The notes below the pieces were generated by a model. That model searched no databases. It saw nothing but the letters and a program-made list of their open reading frames with translations, and had not been told where the DNA came from. A DNA stretch of 64,000 bases, from assembly GCA_002269645.1 (NCBI GenBank), contig NIVC01003893.1:1-64000 (forward strand), read 5' to 3'. Below are positions 48,856-60,688 of the stretch, one piece after another. Made by a program: the position numbers and the translations under genes. This DNA comes from Macrostomum lignano. Lineage: Eukaryota. Position 1 is the stretch's first letter. Each line of letters begins with the position of its first letter.

Positions 48856-51800
48856 AACTCAATTTTACTTGAGTTACTCTCATCGTTGTTCTCATGCTTT
48901 GATCATGTCATCTTTCTTGCCAATTTGCAGTCCTGAAAGGAATTTGTGTATCCTCAGCTCCACTACAGTCTGCATCAGTCTAACAACCAAGGAAATACGC
49001 ATTTCTTAGGAGGCCATTTAAATTTAAAAGTACCTTTAAGAGAAACTTAAAATTTTCATGGTGTGACTAATTTAGTAGGGTTGAATTGCATTGCATCGCC
49101 TTCTCATAAATCTTTCGCTTTTACAAACCATGCTGGATTACCTGATTTGCCATCCACTGTTAAACTGCTGCAGAGTTTGCCTATACAGAGGACAGTGGTT
49201 AGAATTTCTCACTAAAGTTATGGATGGATAAACGTAGCCTCTCCATGGGGGAGCAGAGAAGGCCATAAACAAAGTGAGTGAGTGGCACAAAACAATAGAA
49301 AAAGCAGACAAACTTCACATGCTTACAGTTTCTGTTCTGATTGAGTTACAGAGTTACAGAGTTCCTCCTGAGTTACAGGAGGATTTTTCATTTTGAGTTT
49401 GAGACTTTATATTTAGAGAGTTAATAAGTTAAAGAAGAATTGTGTCAAGTTTCAAGTCAATGGCAGGCAGGTGGAGGTTGGGTGGCTGTCTTGCTGACAA
49501 AAAGCAGACTAACTTGAAAAAGGGCACAGCACCATTTGGGATTGACTTTGAGCCTCGATTGTGTCAAAATAGTTGAAGATTGGTTGTGTTGAATTTGAAC
49601 AGGATTGGTAGAAGTAGAGTGGCACTATGGAGGATTTAGTGAAAAAATTGTGCATTTTGAGCAGTTTTTTGCACTTTTAGGTAGGAAGACTCAAATTTAG
49701 GAAATGTAAAGGTAGCCTAAGACATTTTCCATAGTGAGTTTAGGATGGGTGCAAAATTTGGTGTAATTTGGTTGAGTGGTTTGGGAGTCAGCGATAAAAA
49801 TTGTACACACACAGATAGACAATTTTGATTTTTATATGTAGAGATATATATATTATCATTTACATATAAAATAGTAAAATGTATATTGTATATTCTTAGT
49901 AATCTGTGCCCCTTGTTAAAAGTTTTTTAGATCTCCATCTAGCACCAATAAGCAAATAAAGACACCAAAATGCTATTACCAAAAAGTAAGCAAAAAATCT
50001 AGCAATCTAACAATATCATATTATATATAAAGATAAACTCTATAGATTTAAAACCAAAAAAATTGTCAAAAACATATTATTGATAAGAATTTGCAGTTGT
50101 ATTTTTATATTCCTAGACAAAATCTTATCTTTCCTTGACTTTATTCTATAAATATAATTTCTTATTTATGCAAACTTTCAGTTTCATATTAGTAAGTTAA
50201 GTTACTTTATCTTTCTTTTTACATAATTGTTTTTGGCAATTAATAGGCCTAAGGAATTAAAATAAGGAAAGAAAATGGTATCAATAACTTCTGAATCTAT
50301 ATAACTAAAATAGGAAGTTAAACCTTTGCTTTTCTTATTTTTCCTAAAAAATCAATTTTGTTTATTGAACTGGCCTAAATTTTAATATTTCTACTGAAAC
50401 TTAAATTTTCTTTATATAAAAAGGAAGATAAAGTAACTTAGGAATATTGTATTATAAAGATATCTCCACTCTCCTCTCTCCTCCTTTATCTCTTATCTCT
50501 CATTTCTTATCTCTCCTTACACCTCTCTTATCTCTACAATCTTATCTCTTCTCTCTTTCCTTTACTCTCTCATCTCTCCTTTCATCTCTTTCCTCTCGCC
50601 TGTCTCCTGTCTCCTCTCATCTGCAGCTTTCTGCTCTCTCATCTCTACTTTCTTCTCTCTCCTCTTAACTCAATTTTACTTGAGTTACTCTCATCGTTGT
50701 TCTCATGCTTTGATCATGTCATCTTTCTTGCCAATTTGCAGTCCTGAAAGGAATTTGTGTATCCTCAGCTCCACTACAGTCTGCATCAGTCTAACAACCA
50801 AGGAAATACGCATTTCTTAGGAGGCCATTTAAATTTAAAAGTACCTTTAAGAGAAACTTAAAATTTTCATGGTGTGACTAATTTAGTAGGGTTGAATTGC
50901 ATTGCATCGCCTTCTCATAAATCTTTCGCTTTTACAAACCATGCTGGATTACCTGATTTGCCATCCACTGTTAAACTGCTGCAGAGTTTGCCTATACAGA
51001 GGACAGTGGTTAGAATTTCTCACTAAAGTTATGGATGGATAAACGTAGCCTCTCCATGGGGGAGCAGAGAAGGCCATAAACAAAGTGAGTGAGTGGCACA
51101 AAACAATAGAAAAAGCAGACAAACTTCACATGCTTACAGTTTTTGTTCTGATTGAGTTACAGAGTTACAGAGTTCCTCCTGAGTTACAGGAGGATTTTTC
51201 ATTTTGAGTTTGAGACTTTATATTTAGAGAGTTAATAAGTTAAAGAAGAATTGTGTCAAGTTTCAAGTCAATGGCAGGCAGGTGGAGGTTGGGTGGCTGT
51301 CTTGCTGACAAAAAGCAGACTAACTTGAAAAAGGGCACAGCACCATTTGGGATTGACTTTGAGCCTCGATTGTGTCAAAATAGTTGAAGATTGGTTGTGT
51401 TGAATTTGAACAGGATTGGTAGAAGTAGAGTGGCACTATGGAGGATTTAGTGAAAAAATTGTGCATTTTGAGCAGTTTTTTGCACTTTTAGGTAGGAAGA
51501 CTCAAATTTAGGAAATGTAAAGGTAGCCTAAGACATTTTCCATAGTGAGTTTAGGATGGGTGCAAAATTTGGTGTAATTTGGTTGAGTGGTTTGGGAGTC
51601 AGCGATAAAAATTGTACACACACAGATAGACAATTTTGATTTTTATATGTAGAGATATATATATTATCATTTACATATAAAATAGTAAAATGTATATTGT
51701 ATATTCTTAGTAATCTGTGCCCCTTGTTAAAAGTTTTTTAGATCTCCATCTAGCACCAATAAGCAAATAAAGACACCAAAATGCTATTACCAAAAAGTAA

Positions 51801-52271
51801 GCAAAAAATCTAGCAATCTAACAATATCATATTATATATAAAGATAAACTCTATAGATTTAAAACCAAAAAAATTGTCAAAAACATATTATTGATAAGAA
51901 TTTGCAGTTGTATTTTTATATTCCTAGACAAAATCTTATCTTTCCTTGACTTTATTCTATAAATATAATTTCTTATTTATGCAAACTTTCAGTTTCATAT
52001 TAGTAAGTTAAGTTACTTTATCTTTCTTTTTACATAATTGTTTTTGGCAATTAATAGGCCTAAGGAATTAAAATAAGGAAAGAAAATGGTATCAATAACT
52101 TCTGAATCTATATAACTAAAATAGGAAGTTAAACCTTTGCTTTTCTTATTTTTCCTAAAAAATCAATTTTGTTTATTGAACTGGCCTAAATTTTAATATT
52201 TCTACTGAAACTTAAATTTTCTTTATATAAAAAGGAAGATAAAGTAACTTAGGAATATTGTATTATAAAGA
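48652..52271. repeat. Near-identical direct tandem duplication, 1811-bp unit (48652-50462 / 50463-52271)
   Basis: The 1811 offset holds at both ends (TCTCCACTC at 48652 and 50463; ATTATAAAGA ending at 50460 and 52271). I spotted only one C/T difference by eye. Confidence 0.95.
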
Positions 52272-53647
52272 AAGCCTACTATGAGTATGAGTGTGAGTAG
52301 ATGAGCCTACCCTAACCTTGATGTGATTTAATATAATATATACCCACATTGGTTTATGAATAGGACTTATAACATTAGAATTTTAGCAGAGGTTACTGTT
52401 ACCCTAAGGCAAGAATTTACATATCTAATGTCATGTTTAGACAGTCTTCTCACTACTAGGCGCTAGGTAAGACTGTACTGTAGTGCAGGCAGGCTAATAA
52501 TATTATACAGTATATTCAGTTGGTTACTGCATAATCGCAAAATACCACTTACTAAATATCGCTATTAAACTGATCAATAGGCCCTAATAAGTAGCCATGA
52601 AGCGTTTAAAAATAACATAAATAAACTTTGTATTAGTTGCCTTGAGAGACGCCAGACGCGCCTGACGCCTTTAGTTGTATTTTTCACTTTCAGTAATTTC
52701 TGTGCTCTTGGGTCTTTCGAAGAAAATATGCATTTTAAAATCCTTTTGATCGATGGGCCTTTTCATATTGCTTGCTCTGGTTCCAGAACCAGAACCAATT
52801 TGTGAAGTATAACTTTTTGTCTCCATAACTAGAGGGAAATACGTGCTATAAAGTTTTTATTATTGAATGACAATCGCCAAGAAGAAAGTGAAAAATTGTG
52901 CTAAGTTAGGTTGTTAAGGCAGTCAAATATTAACAGAGTTTAATAGTTATACTGCTGTTTTTCTTGGAATTCCGAACCGATTCTGGTTCTGGAATTGGTA
53001 ATATGAAAAGGCCCGATATCTACTTAAAGAAAGCATGAAAAAAGTGTTCAACTCTTTTTTTAATAAAAACATGAAGCTCCAAAAGTTTTTTGGCTAGTTT
53101 TCTATGTTTTGATAATATATTAGAAAAATTATGATTTAAAAGCGCTCAAACAAGTGACTGATTTGAACTCTCTCTTAAAACCATCTCGTCGAAACTTACG
53201 ATCTGATCTCTGATCTCTCTCAGTCTTAAGTAGGCCTAGTGACCAGACCAGCTCACCATGTCAGAGAAGCAATCTATTAACTCGATCATCGTCCGGTTTT
53301 GCTGGTAATGAAGGCCCTAACCAATCTTATAAGTGAGTGTAACTATTAGTGTAGTTAGGCCTAAGATTTAATACGATTGATATCAATGAATCACAATCAA
53401 TCAATATCAAGATAGGCCCTAGGCCTACGATAAGTTGCTTCCTTCTATGACAAACACTTCACCTTTGTAAAAATTAAAAGATGTGACTGTGGCCCTATGC
53501 CTACAGCAGTAGGCTGCGGCCACATCACATGTTATGTATCTACTCTACACATAGTCGCCCTCAGCCTCCTTTCACATTTTAGGCTTGGGAGTCGGGACCA
53601 GACAATGGCAGAGTTACAACCTACAAAGATAGGGCCTAGTCGTCAAA

Positions 53648-53714
53648 CTAGCAATCTAGTGCCCCCCTTCGGGGCGGCCAATAAGAAAGGGGCAAAATTT
53701 ATTTATTTAAATCC
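53648..53714 (-). mobile_element. Helitron-like 3' terminus (hairpin + CTAG|T)
   Basis: Minus strand: ...GCCGCCCCGAAGGGGGGC ACTAGATTG CTAG|T; homologous to 34315-34374. Confidence 0.5.
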
Positions 53715-53894
53715 TGGTAGCAAGCAATTAGGCCTAGCCACCTAGTAGGCCTGGTGTCACTGGTAACAATAAGCATGGTGTCTTAAAGTATGAGTAGAGT
53801 AGGCCTAGGCCTACACTTAAAAAACTTTAGAACTATTTATAAAATTGCTAATCCACATTGCAGAATCTGTTTCTAAGAATCTACCAATAATCTC

Positions 53895-55525
53895 CCAATC
53901 AAGTTTGCAATAATCCCCAGTCAGGCTTGCAGTGATCCCAGTCAGGTTTGGAATGGTTCTAGTCAGGTTTGCAATTAATGATCCCAGTCAGGTTTGCAAT
54001 GATATCCCAGTCAAGTTTGAAATGATCCCCAGTCAGGTTTTCAATAATCCCAGTCAGGTTTGCAATGATCTCTTAGTCAAGTTTAAAATGATCCCAGACA
54101 AGTTTGCAATGATCCCCCAGTTAGGTTTGCAATGATTCCCTAGTCCATAGTCAGGAAGGTGGCAGAGTGTGCGCCGGAATAAATTTTAGAGAGACAATCT
54201 GTGCGCTGTCTGTGCGCCATCTGTGTGCCATTTGTGCACCATCTGTGCGCCGTCTGTGCGCCGTTATTAAAAAATTGAATAATTACAACTGCACACCGAA
54301 AAAAAATTAGTGCATGCCCATTCTCAAAAATCCACTGGTGTTGCAACAATAAATGACCTTTTTTACGTTGTGACAATAAAAGACCTTTTTTAAATTGCAT
54401 AGGAGACCCTTATTATTAGATAATTTTGTTGCTTTTAAAGCTTTTTCGGCGATACTATTTACAGTGCAAAGTTTATACATGCAAAGATTTGTTTAAATAC
54501 TCTTTTACAAGCTGGAAAAAACCGGAAAGCTTGAAATTTGTGCCCAAAAATTATCTTTTTTTTCTACTTTACAATAACTCTTACGCGTGATTCTATAAAG
54601 TGCACGCCAGGTGTGCATGCATACTTTTTTCTCAGGAGTGATGCACGCTAACTGTGCATACCTAATTTTGGCGTGCAAGGCCAATGCACGCCCGAATTTT
54701 TGGGCATATACTACATGATCCAGAGTGTGGGTGCGCCAATGTGCACTGAGACCCTTTGTGTGCGCCGCGCTTGTGCGCCAATGTGCACTGAGACCCTTTG
54801 TGTGCGCCACGCTTGTGTGCCAATGTGCGCCAAGACCCTTTGTGTGCGCGGGAATTTTCTTCCTTAGAGGCCACCTTCCTGACTATGGTCCCTAGTCAAG
54901 TTTGCAATGATCTTAGTCAAGTTTGCAATGATCCCTCAGTCAAGTTTGCAATGATCCTAGTCAGGTTTGCAATGATCCCCTAGTTAGGTTTGTAATGATC
55001 CCCCAGTCAGGTTTGTAATGATCCCCAGGTTTGCCTTTGCAATGATCTCCCAGTCAGGTTTGCAATGATCCCTTAGCCAGGTTTGAAATGATCCTAGTCA
55101 AGTTTGCAATGATCTGTAGCCATATTTCCAATGATCCTAGTCAGGTTTGCGATGATCCCAGTCGGATTTGCAATGATCCCCCAGCAAGGTTTAAAATGAT
55201 GCCAGTCATGTTTCTAATGATCCTAGTCAGGTTTGCAATGATCCCTTAGTCAGGTTTAAAATGATCCCAGTCAGGTTTGCAATTATCCCCCCCCCCTGGT
55301 CAGGTTTCCAATTATCCCCTAGTCAAGTTTGCAATAATCCCCAATAAGGTTTGAAATGATCTCCAGTAATGTTTTCAATGATCCTAGTCAGGTTTGCAAT
55401 TATCCCCCAATCAGGTTTGAAATGATCCTAGTCAAGTTTGCAATATGATCCCTAGTCATGTTTCCAATTTTCCCAGTTAGGTTTGCAATGATCCCAGTCG
55501 GGTTTGCAATGATCCCCCATCAAGG
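53895..55525. repeat. ~21-23-bp degenerate minisatellite (CCCAGTCAGGTTTGCAATGAT) split by a TIR element
   Basis: The same unit lies on both sides of 54145-54888. Confidence 0.9.
54145..54888. mobile_element. Non-autonomous TIR element, 744 bp, perfect 19-bp TIRs, 8-bp TSD TCCCTAGT
   Basis: CCATAGTCAGGAAGGTGGC (54145-54163) and GCCACCTTCCTGACTATGG (54870-54888); TCCCTAGT at 54137-54144 and 54889-54896; internal TGTGCGCC subrepeats. Confidence 0.92.
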
Positions 55526-56446
55526 TTGAGTATATATCTTACTCACTTCATAAGTATATAAGTGGCTAGCCACTTCAGTCTTGAGGGATAAAGTGACCAT
55601 CTCTATACCCGCACCCCTCGTAGATCTAATCTGCCACTGAGGTGGTTGGTTGGTCAGAGAATTAGCATGTTGCACTTATAGACACAAATACATTAAATAG
55701 CTTAGCACATTTAGGGGGTGACAACATTCTAGCACTTAGATTATATGGTTTTATGATTTAAGCATCAAGTCCCAGCAGGTGGAGCAAGGAGAAATCCATT
55801 ACATAATGTCACATGGCCACATCTTGGTTGTCTCTACTGGTTATAGAAGTGAAGTGATAATAATGCCCATAGGCCTTAGCAATTTTCTAAGCAAATAAGC
55901 AAAATAAGTAAGCAAAGTATAGTATGCCAACTAAGACTTATATAGGCCCACTATTCCATATAGCATAACAAAAGATATATTAGTATTTGAGTATAAATAT
56001 AGTTATAGGCATATTAATATTACATTATGTAATGTTTATTCAATTATTTAAGTTTATTTTATGTATATACATGTACAAGAATATAATACCAATAAATGTA
56101 AGGCTATTCAATATTATATATTTGATACTAGTTGACCTCCTAGTCCTCATTGCAACATAGTAGTATATTCTTACCAATAATCTATCTACTCCTACTAAAA
56201 TGAGGAATAGAAAATGCCTATCACTGATCTGTCTGTTTGATTTGCTTATCTGTTGCTGCAATTAACAGGCCTACTGTTAGGCTCACATTTTTACAGTAAA
56301 AAGTGTATGGTGGGTCAAGTGTCAACGTTGGTCATTTTTTGAGTTTAGGCTATTAAGATCTATTTATATATTTGTTACTAAGTATACCTGGTACATCAAC
56401 TTAAATTTATATTGGAATAATTTCAGATTGTCAATGTCAGCTTAAT

Positions 56447-58586
56447 ATGTCGCATCTAGTTTCATTTCCTCGCCTACTACTTACTAGCACTTGTAGTAGT
56501 AGTAGTATACCACGATTAAGTAAGCTACCATTAAATTATTGCCGTCGCAATTTATTTGGTCGTAAAAAGGTGCGCGTTGATCAGCACACGCCAATTCTAT
56601 TTGGCGAAGTCAACGAACGCGGCGGCTATGCTGCGCCCTTTAAAGAGAGTCTGTCAATGCGCGATTGGTTGAGAATCTATAAGCGAGCTTGGCTAGAGCT
56701 GCCAGAGTCCTATGCTGAACTTCGCAATTATCACTTGTACGATCGAGTCTCATTCAAGTCTGTAGACGTTCGCCATGGCGATTATTATTATATTGGCTAT
56801 TTGTCGCGCGACGGCGGCCACCACAAATGGATTGTCACGGCCGACTCTCACTATGGCGAAGGCTATTCTACTGGGGAATTTATCCCGTCTAGTTGGCTGA
56901 CTGATGTCAAAAATAAAGCTGGAGACTGTGGCATCGATCAGGATCAACCAATTGTCAGGTGTACCGGACTGTTTCGCGGCGTCCTTGACACCCGTGTGCC
57001 GCAGATTGGCCAGCTAGTCAGAGCCGGTTACGTCAACTTGCGCTCGCCCTACGCTCTCATGATTAAAGGTCGAGCTAGGGGTATCAATCTGCAGCCTTTG
57101 AATTGCATTGTGATCCGGTATCGAGGCGATGGGCGGAGGCGAGTACTTGCATTGTTCTTCTTGTTTTGAATCGATAAATCGCTGATCTTCAAGGAACCGG
57201 TATCTAACTTAGAAAAAACAGGGTGCATTGGATTTCATGGCAAAATTTCTGCTTCTAAGAATCTAAGTCCTCTTTGCAACAGAGTGGCAAATTTTTATAA
57301 ACTGCATTGAACTGCTGCTCCTACTAAAAAGAGGTACATTAATATTGTTCACAATAGTAGCCGGGCATTGATCCGTCTGTTTGTACTGCGGTTTGTTTTG
57401 TATAAACTACCAATGTGCAGCTTACAGGCCTACTGTCTGTCTTACATTTAATAATTATTCTGATAAGCTTGTTACCAGCGAATGCTTAAAAAGCGTCATA
57501 TAGGGCGCCAGCTACAGAGAGGGCGCCAGCTACAGAAGGGCACCTGATACACAGGCGAGAGCAAAATAGGGGCGCTAGTTACAGAGAGTACACAAAATAC
57601 AGAGAGGGCACCAACTGCAGAAGCGGAAGCTAAGAGGGGGCGCCAACTACAAAACAGGCGCCAGCTACAGAGAGGGCGCCAGATACAAGAGGCGGAACAG
57701 GGGGCGCCAGCTCCAGAGAGGGCACCAGCTACAGATGGGGTGCCAGCTACAGAGAGGGCACCAGCTACAGAGGGGGTGCCAGCTACAGAGGGGCGCCAGC
57801 TATAGAGAGGGCGCCAGATACAAGAGGCGAAACAGGGGGCACCAGCTACAGAGAGGGCGCCAGCTACAGAGAGGGCGCCAGATACAGAGAGAGCACCAGC
57901 TACAGAGAGGGCGCCAGATACAGAGAGAGCACCAGCTACAGAGAGGGCGCCAGCTACAGAGAGGGCGCCAGCTACAGAGAGGGCGCCAGATACAAGAGGC
58001 AGAACAGTGGGCGCCAGCTACAGTGTTGCCGCCAGATGCTACGCTACAGAGAGGTTGTTTTGCACGTCTTGAATGGGATTTCTGAAGCGCAGGCTGGGTT
58101 TGCTGCAATGATTGAAGTAATGGTGAAATTATGCAGGCGACACTCCATTTGATTTCCATATTAAATGCTATGGACTGGCTGATCTGAGTTTCAGAAAAAA
58201 CATGGTTACTAATCGTTAACCCTTACCTCACCCACTGCAGGTACCGACTCAATCTCCATCGTAGTCCGCTAGGCAAGTTAGACTACACCCTATTTGACAT
58301 CTACTCGTTCCCTCTGTACACTAGAGGCGGACCATACTGGACAGTTGCCAAGATACCCGTGTCTAAACTGATTCGCACCTACAAAGGCCGGGTTCAAGAT
58401 CGACCAATTCTCGATGACCTAAGCGCCTATTCCCACCTGAGCATCACTTTATGCGATGGAATACCGGGGCCGTTCTCGCTTGAACTGGACTACGTGGCCG
58501 CATTCTATGATGCTACATTAAATGAGAAATTTGCCTACGAAATCTATCCTGTGTCTTCTTTGATGAAGAAAAATATTTCTTGGTAG
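56447..58586 (+). CDS. NDUFAF1: Complex I intermediate-associated protein 30 (NDUFAF1/CIA30), 2 exons (56447-57138, 58241-58586), 345 aa, GC-AG intron
   Basis: KWIVTADSHYGEGYS...LFRGVLDTRVPQ.G...RAGYVN...IRYRGDGRR|YRLNL...LYTRGGPYW...KIPVSK...GPFSLELDYVA...EKFAYE match CIA30 motifs. Phase-2 junction AG|GCGAGT ... CTGCAG|G. Confidence 0.92.
57500..58050. repeat. 18-bp GC-rich repeat (GGGCGCCAGCTACAGAGA) in the NDUFAF1 intron
   Basis: Tandem array, degenerate at its edges. Confidence 0.9.
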
Positions 58587-58679
58587 CTTTGTTCTGTTTT
58601 AGTGCGGCTTGACTGCGTGATCGAATGTTTTAATACTGCACTTGGCTTACCATAATCACGGGTCGTGATCTTAAATCTC

Positions 58680-59035
58680 AGATCCCAGATCGTGATACCT
58701 GGCCTATCCCATATGATGATCCACGATCCCATATAATGATCCATATCCCCAATATCATGATTCACGACCACTTATCTATCACGATCCCTTATCCCATATC
58801 ATGATCCCCGATCCCATATAATGATCCTTATCCCCAATATAATGATCATCTATCCCTTATCATGATCCCCTATCCCAGATCATGATCCCCTATCCCATAT
58901 CATGATCCACGATCCCATATAATGATACCCGATCCCATATAATGATCCTATATCCCATATCTCGATTTACAATCCCATATCATGATTCCCCATCCCATAT
59001 CACGATCCTTCATCCTATATCATAATCCTATACCA
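58680..59035. repeat. ~20-bp degenerate repeat (ATCCCATATCATGATCCCC)
   Basis: Tandem array downstream of NDUFAF1. Confidence 0.85.
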
Positions 59036-59279
59036 TGTTTTAAAACGGTATCCCTAAATTGGCTCAAATGTTGCTTCGTAACAATGTTGCATATTTTATT
59101 GTGTGTAGTTTCTGTTAGTGAGCATTTTCTGCTTCAGAGTATCTGATTATGTTAATAAACTGCTTCAAATGACAATTTACCCGAGTTGTAGATTCTGATT
59201 TTCTATATTTGAATAATTTATTTTTATGAACAGTGTAAAACTACTTAACTCATCGCTTCTTTGAGAGTCTATCTCTAAT

Positions 59280-59805
59280 CTATCCTGACAATCGTCTCTA
59301 AGCTACCCTAAGAATCGTCTCTAATCCACCTTGAGAATCGTCTCTAATCCACCTTGAGAATCGTCTCTAAGCTACCCTGAGAATCGTCTCTAAGCTACCC
59401 TGAGAATCGTCTCTAAGCTACCCTGAGAATCGTTCTAAGCTACCCTGAGAATCTTCTCTAAGCTACCCTGAGAATAGTCTCTAATCCACCTTGAGAATCG
59501 TCTCTAATCCACCCTGAGAATCGTCTCTAAGCTACCCTGAGAATCGTCTCTAATCCACCCTGAGAATCGTCTCTAATCCACCTTGAGAATCGTCTCTAAT
59601 CCACCCTGAGAATCGTCTCTAATCCACCTTGAGAATCGTCTCTAATCCACCCTGAGAATCGTCTCTAAGCTACCCTGAAAATCGTCTCTAATACACCTTG
59701 AGAATCGTCTCTAAGCTACCCTGAGAATCGTCTCTAAGCTACCCTGAAAATCGTCTCTAATCCACCTTGAGAATCGTCTCTAATCCACCTTGAGAATCGT
59801 CTCCA
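59280..59805. repeat. 23-bp minisatellite (GAGAATCGTCTCTAAGCTACCCT / ...TAATCCACCTT)
   Basis: About 22 copies, two variants. Confidence 0.95.
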
Positions 59806-60070
59806 ATTTAACCTATTTTTAGGTTTTAAGGCCTAAAATGTCTAGTGAACAGTTAAGAGTCGCCTCTGATCTATTAAATGTGCTTTAATCCATTTTATTC
59901 TAAGAATTAAGAAATACTAAACTAAGAATTACTTCTTGGTCTTTAGTTTCAAAGTAAATTTTTTTTACTTATTTTGTTGATGGTCATTCAATTAATAACA
60001 AAAAAACCCTTCGGATCGGAGGAAATCAGATATTGCAAACCCATAATAAGCATCCAGTCAATTAATCGTT

Positions 60071-60688
60071 ATGCCAGCCGATCTTGTACAAGAGCAAAGT
60101 CTTCATCATCCTCACAATCAGCAGCAGCGCTACTCGGCCAGCGACAGTACCACGCCTAACAATGAGTTTGTCTACTATCCAATTGGCTCAATAATCGATC
60201 TAGTAACATCTTGCGATCGTCGAATACCCCGAGCGGAAGTGCTGTTTCACGACCCGCTCTATAACATTGTGATAGTGAAATATCCAGCTTCTAGTGGCCG
60301 GGCAGGCCTACACGATATCACCTTTGTCCGACTGAATCACGCTAAACGCGTTGAATTGATATCTTATCCGGAACAATTCTCTGCTAATTCCAGTGCTACT
60401 GTTAGTAGTAGTAATGCTACAATTGAACAGCAATCATCTGGATCGAATAGTTCGCGCAAAACTAATGCCACATTTGCTGCTGTGGCCGCCGCTTCCGCGT
60501 CAGTTTCTGCAACAGCGAATTCTACAGTCGATGTCAATCACCATGACGATTCGAACGAGATTTTCAATGCTGCCTCCTCCGCAGCCGATATTGATCTTGA
60601 CAAAGTTCGCGCCAGACTGAACCGCAGCCTACAACTAATTGATCGCGGAAGCGCTTTAATTGAAACTGAATCTAATTCGAACGAATAG
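60071..60688 (+). CDS. LSM12: LSM12-like protein (N-terminal Lsm domain), 205 aa, no visible anticodon-binding domain
   Basis: YPIGSIIDLVTSCDRRIPRAEVLFHD...IVKYPASSGRAGLHDITFVRLNHAKRVELI parallels the LSM12 Lsm domain; DIDLDKVRARL parallels LNVSKLASKA. Ser/Ala-rich insertion between them. Confidence 0.65.
   Translation: MPADLVQEQSLHHPHNQQQRYSASDSTTPNNEFVYYPIGSIIDLVTSCDRRIPRAEVLFHDPLYNIVIVKYPASSGRAGLHDITFVRLNHAKRVELISYPEQFSANSSATVSSSNATIEQQSSGSNSSRKTNATFAAVAAASASVSATANSTVDVNHHDDSNEIFNAASSAADIDLDKVRARLNRSLQLIDRGSALIETESNSNE

Noticed and set aside
55547-55675. Minus-strand open segment ending in GTGAGT as the missing FAM162 5' exon (likewise 53257-53316)
   Set aside because: Their open frames end in phase 0, while the FAM162 acceptor needs phase 1, and there is no recognisable homology.
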